This document shows positions 58,401-64,000 of a stretch of DNA of 64,000 bases, in pieces. The DNA lies in assembly GCA_963799005.1 (NCBI GenBank), contig CAWCVK010000001.1, forward strand, positions 512,893-576,892. Direction: 5' to 3'. This DNA comes from Candidatus Dormiibacterota bacterium. Its GTDB lineage: Bacteria > Chloroflexota > Dormibacteria > Aeolococcales > Aeolococcaceae. Made by a program: the position numbers and the translations under genes. The number at the start of each line of letters is the position of its first letter. The first letter of the stretch is position 1. The notes beneath the pieces were generated by a model that did no database searches, had not been told where the DNA came from, and saw only the letters and a list, made by a program, of their open reading frames with translations.

Positions 58401-60245
58401 ATGAGCATCGGGCCGGTTGAGGAGCGCACGCTGGTCGAGCTGTTTCGAGCGCCAGGCAGCGTCGCGCGCGGACACTCCGGCGATGCACCACCGTGCCGGC
58501 GATCAATGGCAGTCCATCTCGTGGAGCGCGTATGCCCGGGATGCTCGCCACCTGTCAGCGTTCTTGATCACCGCCGGGTTGCGGGAGGAAGACCACGTCG
58601 CGATCTGGTCGCTACAACCGGCCGGAGTTCCTCATCGCCAGCACCGCCACGATGCTGGTGCGGGCGTGCACCGCGCCGCTCTATCAGACGTTGAGCGCAG
58701 CCGAAGCAGCGTACGTGCTCGGGCATTCGGACGCACCGATCGCGGTGGTGGAGAACCAGAGACCTTCTCGACGAGGTGCTCGACGGTGCGCGACCGGCTG
58801 CCGGCACTGAGGTGCGTGGTGCTCATCGAAGGCGATGCTCCCGCAGCCCACCGAGGGTTTGTCGTGTCCTGGTCGGATGCGGTGAAGCGTGGGCGCGGAG
58901 GCGATGCCGCGAGTGGACGCTGAGCTGAACCGGCGATGCGACGCCGTGCAACCGACCGACGTCGCGACGCTTGTCTACACGAGTGGCACCACCGGACCAC
59001 CCAAGGCGGTCATGGCGACACACGGGAATCTGGTGGCGGCAATCAACGCCCTGGGGCCGATCGTCGAGCTGTCACCGGACGACCGGGTCATCAGTTACCT
59101 GCCGCTCGCCCACATCCTCGAACGCCTCAACAGTGAGGTGCGCCTGTACTGCGCCGGCAACGCGATCTGGTTTGCGGCGTCACTCGCCGAGATCCCGGCG
59201 CGGATGCGCGAGGTCCGGCCGACGTGCTTCGTGGGCGTTCCCCGCGTGTGGGAGAAGATGGCAACGACCATCGCCGACGAGATCGATGCGCTGCCGTCGA
59301 TACGCCGCCGCCTGGCTCGATGGGCGATCGGCGTGGGCGAGCAGCGGGTCGATCGCGGGCAGCGAGGCGCGCGTCCGACGCGTGCGCAGCGGCTGACTCG
59401 ATCGCGTTGCGGATCACCTCGTGCTTCGGCGGATACGCGAGCAGACCGGTCTCGACAAGGCGCGCGTGCTGATCACCGGGGCCGCTCCGATCTCGTTGCA
59501 GGTGCTGCGCTTCTTCCACGCTCTCGGACTGGAGATCCTCGAGGGCTACGGGATGAGCGAGAACATGACCGTGACCACCCTCAACCGGCGCGGCCAGGCT
59601 CGTCTCGGCACCGTGGGCCAGGCCGTCGACGGAGTTGAGATACGCGTTGCCGGCGATGGCGAGATCTGCATGCGCGGCGACGTGGTGTTCGCCGGCTACT
59701 ACCGGGATCCGGCCGCGACCGCCGAGGCAGTCGTCGACGGCTGGCTGCACACCGGGGACATCGGCGACCTCGACGCCGACGGCTACCTGCGGATCACCGA
59801 TCGCAAGAAGGATCTGATCATCACCGCCGGAGGCAAGAACGTGTCGCCGACGAACATCGAGGATGCGTTGCGCAGCGACCTGATAGCGAATCCGGTCGTG
59901 CTCGGCGACCGGCGACCGTACATCGTCGCCCTGCTCACCCTCGACAGGTCGGGCCTCGAGGCGTTCGCCACCCGGCACGGTCTCCGCGCCGATGCCGCCG
60001 AGTTGATCCGCAGTCCTGTCGTGCTCGACGAAGTTCGGCGGCGCGTGGATGCGGTCAACCGCGATCTCGCCAACGTCGAGAGGGTGCGACGCTGGCTCCT
60101 CCTGCCCAGCGAATTCGAGGTCGGGGTCGAGCTCACGCCGACGTTCAAGGTCCGGCGGAGGGTCGTCGCCGAGCGTTTCGCGGCCGAGATCGAGCGTCTC
60201 TACGAGCCCGGACCCGAGGCGGCGCAGCGGCACGGCGGTGCGTGA
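58401..60245 (+). pseudogene. fadD: Long-chain acyl-CoA synthetase (FadD-like AMP-binding ligase), with at least 6 frameshifts
   Basis: ATG with a GGAGGGAGG SD. Fragments across all three frames carry the AMP-binding motifs in order (LVYTSGTTGPPKA; YGMSENM..; WLHTGDIGDLDADGYLRITDRKKDLIITAGGKNVSP). Confidence 0.7.
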
Positions 60246-60675
60246 TGGCCGCGTACCACGCGCAATCGCGCGCGCACACGGCCACCCTCGGCGTTCCTCC
60301 ATCATGAGGGCATGACCGATCACCCGAAGATCTGCCCTGGAACGATGCCCCCGCCGACTCCGACGCGCCGCTTGGCGACGGGGAGCCCGATCCCGCCGAG
60401 GTGAGCGGCGACGAGGACGATCCGGCGATTCGCGACGCCTCGCTCGCGGGCCGGCTGCACGACGTCGACGAATACCGCCGCGACACCCTCGACGAGCGAC
60501 TCGCCGAGGAGGAACCTGACCGCGTCCTGGAGGCGCAGGAGCAGGAAACGGGCGAGCTTCAGGCACCCGAGAGCGGGCGACGACGACATCGCCCTGCAGC
60601 GTGCGGAGCCCGACCAGTTCGATTCGCTGGACCGCGACGATGAGTCGGCCGAACAGGCGGCCGTGCACGAGATCG

Positions 60676-62624
60676 ATGGCGATTCAGGCACCTGATCGGA
60701 CCAGGGCAACTCCCTCCGGCGGCGCGCCGGCGCCGAACGTGCTCGGCTACAACCCGATGCGCTGGCGCCGGTTCTGGCTGCTCATCTTTGTCCTGCTCAT
60801 CGTCAACATCGCGGTCACGCGGCATCATCCAGTCCGCGGGGCAGCCGCCGTCGGTGACCATTCCCTACAACGTCTTCGTCGACCAGGTCAACGCAGGCAA
60901 CGTGGTCAACATCACCGCGACCGGCGATGCCATCACCGGGACCGCGAAGACCGCGGTCAGCGCGGGTGCGGGACAGCCCAGCGCCAAGGACTTCTCGACC
61001 CAGCGTCCCACCTTCGCGAGTGACAACCTCGAGGCCGCGCTGCTCAAGAACAAGGTGAGCATCCTCGCCGAGCCGCCCAATCCGCCGGCGCCCCTGTGGG
61101 AGACGCTGCTCTTCTCGTTCGGACCAACGTTGCTGTTCGTCTTCGGCTTCATCTACCTGATGCGCAGAAGCGCGGCGCTCGCGGGCGGCGGCGCCGGCGG
61201 CATCCTCGGACGGTTCGGCCAGAGCGGCGCGCGCCTGTACAACCCCGAGCGCCCGGACACGACCTTCGCCGATGTCGCCGGGATCGACGAGGTCAAGGCT
61301 GAACTGGTCGAGATCGTCGACTTTCTCAAGAAGCCCGAGAAATACCAGCGCCTGGGCGGCACCATCCCGAAGGGCGTCCTGCTCATCGGCGCGCCCGGCA
61401 CCGGCAAGACGCTGCTGGCACGCGCGGTGGCGGGCGAGGCCGCGGTCCCGTTCTTCTCCATCTCGGCTTCGGAATTCATCGAGGCAATCGTCGGCGTCGG
61501 CGCAGCCCGGGTGCGTGACCTGTTCCAGAAGGCGCGCGCCGCGGCGCCGGCGATCGTCTTCATCGATGAGCTCGACGCGGTCGGGCGGTCGCGATCGACG
61601 GGTGCCCGCCTGGGGAGCAACGACGAACAGGAGCAGACCCTCAACCAGATCCTCACCGAGATGGACGGTTTCGATCCACACGAGGGCGTCATCGTCCTGG
61701 CGGCGACCAACCGCGCCGACGTGCTCGATGTCGCGCTGCTCCGCCCCGGACGGTTCGATCGCCGGATCACCGTCCCCTTCCCGGATCGGCGCGGCAGGCT
61801 CGAGATCCTTCGCATCCACACGAGACACATTCCACTCGGCCCCGATGTCGATCTCGGCCTGATCGCATCGCTCACCGCCGGCATGGTCGGCGCCGACCTG
61901 CGCAATCTCGCCAATGAGGCGGCCCTCGCCGCCGCGCGTCGGGAGGCGCCGACCGTGAGCCAGGTCGACTTCACGGACGCACTCGAGAAGGTGGAGCTGG
62001 GGTCCGAGCGCAAGCTCTCGCTCACCGCCGATCGACCGCGAGCGCATCGCCTATCACGAGTCAGGACATGCGCTGCTGGGGCTGCTGCAGCCCGGCGCCG
62101 ACCCGGTGCGCCGGGTCTCGATCATCCCGCGTGGGCAATCGCTCGGGGCCACCGTGCAGAGCCCGGTTGATGACCGCTTCAGCTATGGCGAGGACTACCT
62201 CCGCGGGCGGATCACCGGGGCGCTCGGCGGCAGAGCGGCCGAGCAGCTCGTCTACGGGATCATCACCACCGGCGCCGAGGCCGACCTGCGCCAGGTCACC
62301 GGGATCGCCCGACAGATGGTCGTGCGCTGGGGCATGAGCCCCAAGGTCGGCGTGCTCAGCCTGTCGGATGACGGCGCCGGGGCCGGCCAGGCGCTGGCGC
62401 TCTCACGGCCCTACAGCGAGGAGACCGCAGCGCTCGTCGACGAAGAGGTGCGGCGCATCTGCGAGGAGTGTCTCCGCCAGGCCGTGTCCCTGCTCACCAG
62501 CAACCGCGACAAGCTCGACGCACTCGTCCGCGCGCTGCTCGAGCACGACACCCTCGGCGAGTCGGAGATCCTCGCGGTCACCGGGCTCAACGCGCCGGCT
62601 GCGACACCTGTGGCGGTGAGCTGA
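60676..62624 (+). pseudogene. ftsH: ATP-dependent zinc metalloprotease FtsH, 2 frameshifts (near 60820 and 62030)
   Basis: N-terminal TM ([14 protein letters not shown]), AAA+ Walker A GAPGTGKT, second-region-of-homology, HEXXH-region ([12 protein letters not shown]) and C-terminal helical domain, spread over three frames. Confidence 0.8.
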
Positions 62625-62674
62625 GGGTCTCGGGAGCCGCGCTCAGCCGGTGCCTTTGCCTGCCGTGAGCCACG

Positions 62675-63091
62675 CTAGTCCTCGACGACCGCATCCGTGA
62701 GCGCGTCGATGCCGGCGAGCCTCGCGGCCAGGTCCACCGTGAGGCCGTAGCGTGCCCCGAGCGCGGTTGGTGACGTATAGCTGACCTTGGTGGCGCCGCC
62801 ATCGGCCCACACCAGCACCTTCAGCGGCAGGTCGAGGGCGGCCAGCGGCGCCGACTCCATCACGGGCGTTCCCGACTCCGGGGATCCGAAGATCACGAGC
62901 TTGGTATCGCGCAACGCCATTCCGATGCGGGCCGCCTCGCCGCTGTGATCGATCATCGCGAAGACCTTCATCCCCTTGGACGCAACCAGGCTCACCAGAC
63001 GCGACACCGTGTCCGCAACCGAGAACGGACTGACCTTGGTGATCACGCCGGATCTATCGGCGTACGTGTCCGGCGCGGGTGTGGTGGTCAT
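62675..63091 (-). CDS. DUF302-domain protein
   Basis: 138 aa with no frame breaks. DUF302-like fold motifs (MKVFAMIDHSGEA, LKVLVW). Confidence 0.6.
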   Translation of the reverse strand: MTTTPAPDTYADRSGVITKVSPFSVADTVSRLVSLVASKGMKVFAMIDHSGEAARIGMALRDTKLVIFGSPESGTPVMESAPLAALDLPLKVLVWADGGATKVSYTSPTALGARYGLTVDLAARLAGIDALTDAVVED

Positions 63092-63110
63092 CGCCGCTCC
63101 TGGTTGGCGC

Positions 63111-63483
63111 TCAATGGTGAAGCCGCGACTTCTCGATGTCGTCGTGGTTCATGCCGAAGTAATGGGCGACCTCGTGCAGCACGGTGTCGTGCACCTGCTC
63201 GACCAGTTCGGCACGGGTTCTGCACCACCGCTCGATGTGGTGCTGCAGCAGGACGATCCGCTTGGGATACCCGGCCGGGCTGAACGTCGAACTCGGTCGC
63301 GCCCTGAAAGTAGCCGAGCACACGCTCATCGATCCCGCGTCCGCGATCGTCCTCGGTGGCGTCCGGCTGAATCGTGATCAGCAGATTGTCAGCGTCCATC
63401 TGAGCGCGCAGGTCCGGCGGGATGCTTTCGAGGGCGGCGGCGGCGATGCTCTCGAACTCGTCCGCGGAGACGCGATACGTCAC
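63111..63483 (-). pseudogene. Putative Zn-dependent metallopeptidase (HExxH, SprT/DUF1025-like), frameshift near 63320
   Basis: N-terminus in ORF 63088..63483 (MTYRVSADEFESIAAAALESIP..). The C-terminus with HEVAHYFGMNHDDIE lies in the frame of ORF 63111..63329. Confidence 0.45.
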
Positions 63484-63567
63484 GCGCTGAGAATGTCACA
63501 CCGTCGTCGACCCGGTGGGCCGCCCAGCAGGTGGCGCGCAGACCCGCATGCCCTATTCTCGTCGGCC

Positions 63568-64000
63568 ATGGCCGTCCAGAACACCGAACACGCCATCGAG
63601 GTTGCCGGGCTGCACAAGTCCTTCGGCAAGGTCCACGCGCTCCGCGGCATCGATTTCGCGGTGCCTCGGGGCAGCGTGCTCGGCATGCTCGGACCCAACG
63701 GAGCCGGCAAGACCACGGCGGTGCGCGTCCTCACCACGCTGCTGCGGCCGAACTCGGGTCGGGTCGTCGTCGAAGGCTACGACGTGGTTCGGGATGCCGC
63801 CGCGGTGCGCCGCCGCATCGGGCTCGCCGGGCAGGCGACCGCCATCCAGCTCGAGCTCACCGGCCGCGAGAACCTCGAGATCATGGGCCGCCTGAATCAC
63901 ATGCCACGGCGGAGCGTGCGCGGACGCGCCGCCGAGCTCCTCGAACGCTTCGAGATCGCGGACGCGGCCGACCGTCCGGCCAAGACGTACTCGGGCGGCA
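63568..64000 (+). CDS. ABC transporter ATP-binding protein (DrrA/CcmA-like), 3' end beyond the window
   Basis: ATG, then MAVQNTEHAIEVAGLHKSFGKVHALRGIDFAVPRGSVLGMLGPNGAGKTT (Walker A), open to the window end. Confidence 0.8.
   Translation, partial: MAVQNTEHAIEVAGLHKSFGKVHALRGIDFAVPRGSVLGMLGPNGAGKTTAVRVLTTLLRPNSGRVVVEGYDVVRDAAAVRRRIGLAGQATAIQLELTGRENLEIMGRLNHMPRRSVRGRAAELLERFEIADAADRPAKTYSGG

Overview
This is a 64-kb, very GC-rich (about 70%) bacterial chromosomal segment. About 65 genes are supportable. It is densely coded on both strands, with many 1-4 nt start/stop overlaps typical of operons. I found no rRNA, tRNA, CRISPR array or mobile element. The gene content looks actinobacterial: an F420 biosynthesis operon (cofC-cofE-cofD), an Fgd1-like F420-dependent G6PD, F420-dependent oxidoreductases, and a DinB/mycothiol-type isomerase-family protein.

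The segment reads as a chain of metabolic islands:
(i) 1-5.7 kb: two BtpA/SgcQ paralogs bracketing an FGGY kinase, a sugar-phosphate isomerase, a metallophosphoesterase and an alpha/beta hydrolase.
(ii) 8-13.2 kb: an F420 biosynthesis and use island.
(iii) 13.8-25.5 kb: glycolate oxidase glcDEF with an FAD oxidase, a DapA-family lyase, a GH63 hydrolase, a class III aminotransferase, a 2-hydroxyacid dehydrogenase and a cupin.
(iv) 26-39 kb: an aromatic amino-acid catabolic supercluster (hppD; paaABCDE; a minus-strand run ilvE-like aminotransferase, E1alpha/E1beta/E2 2-oxoacid dehydrogenase complex, two crotonases, MaoC, paaK, paaI).
(v) 40-41 kb: a divergent pair of paralogous small proteins, one carrying an OmpR-type winged helix, just upstream of xfp-ackA (phosphoketolase and acetate kinase).
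(vi) 44.7-51 kb: small membrane proteins, PsiE, and a GH8 lipoprotein plus a BcsA/CslA-like GT2 synthase with a Ser/Pro-repeat tail, i.e. a candidate beta-glucan exopolysaccharide module.
(vii) 51-63.5 kb: housekeeping genes (gltBD, DAHP synthase with chorismate mutase, fadD-like ligase, ftsH) that are riddled with frameshifts. Upstream I found only three frameshifts in 51 kb, in the metallophosphoesterase, paaA and xfp. That contrast points to a local sequence-quality problem rather than gene decay.

Coordinates come from the supplied ORF track plus codon arithmetic. Functions are inferred from motifs I recognise in the translations. No database search was possible.
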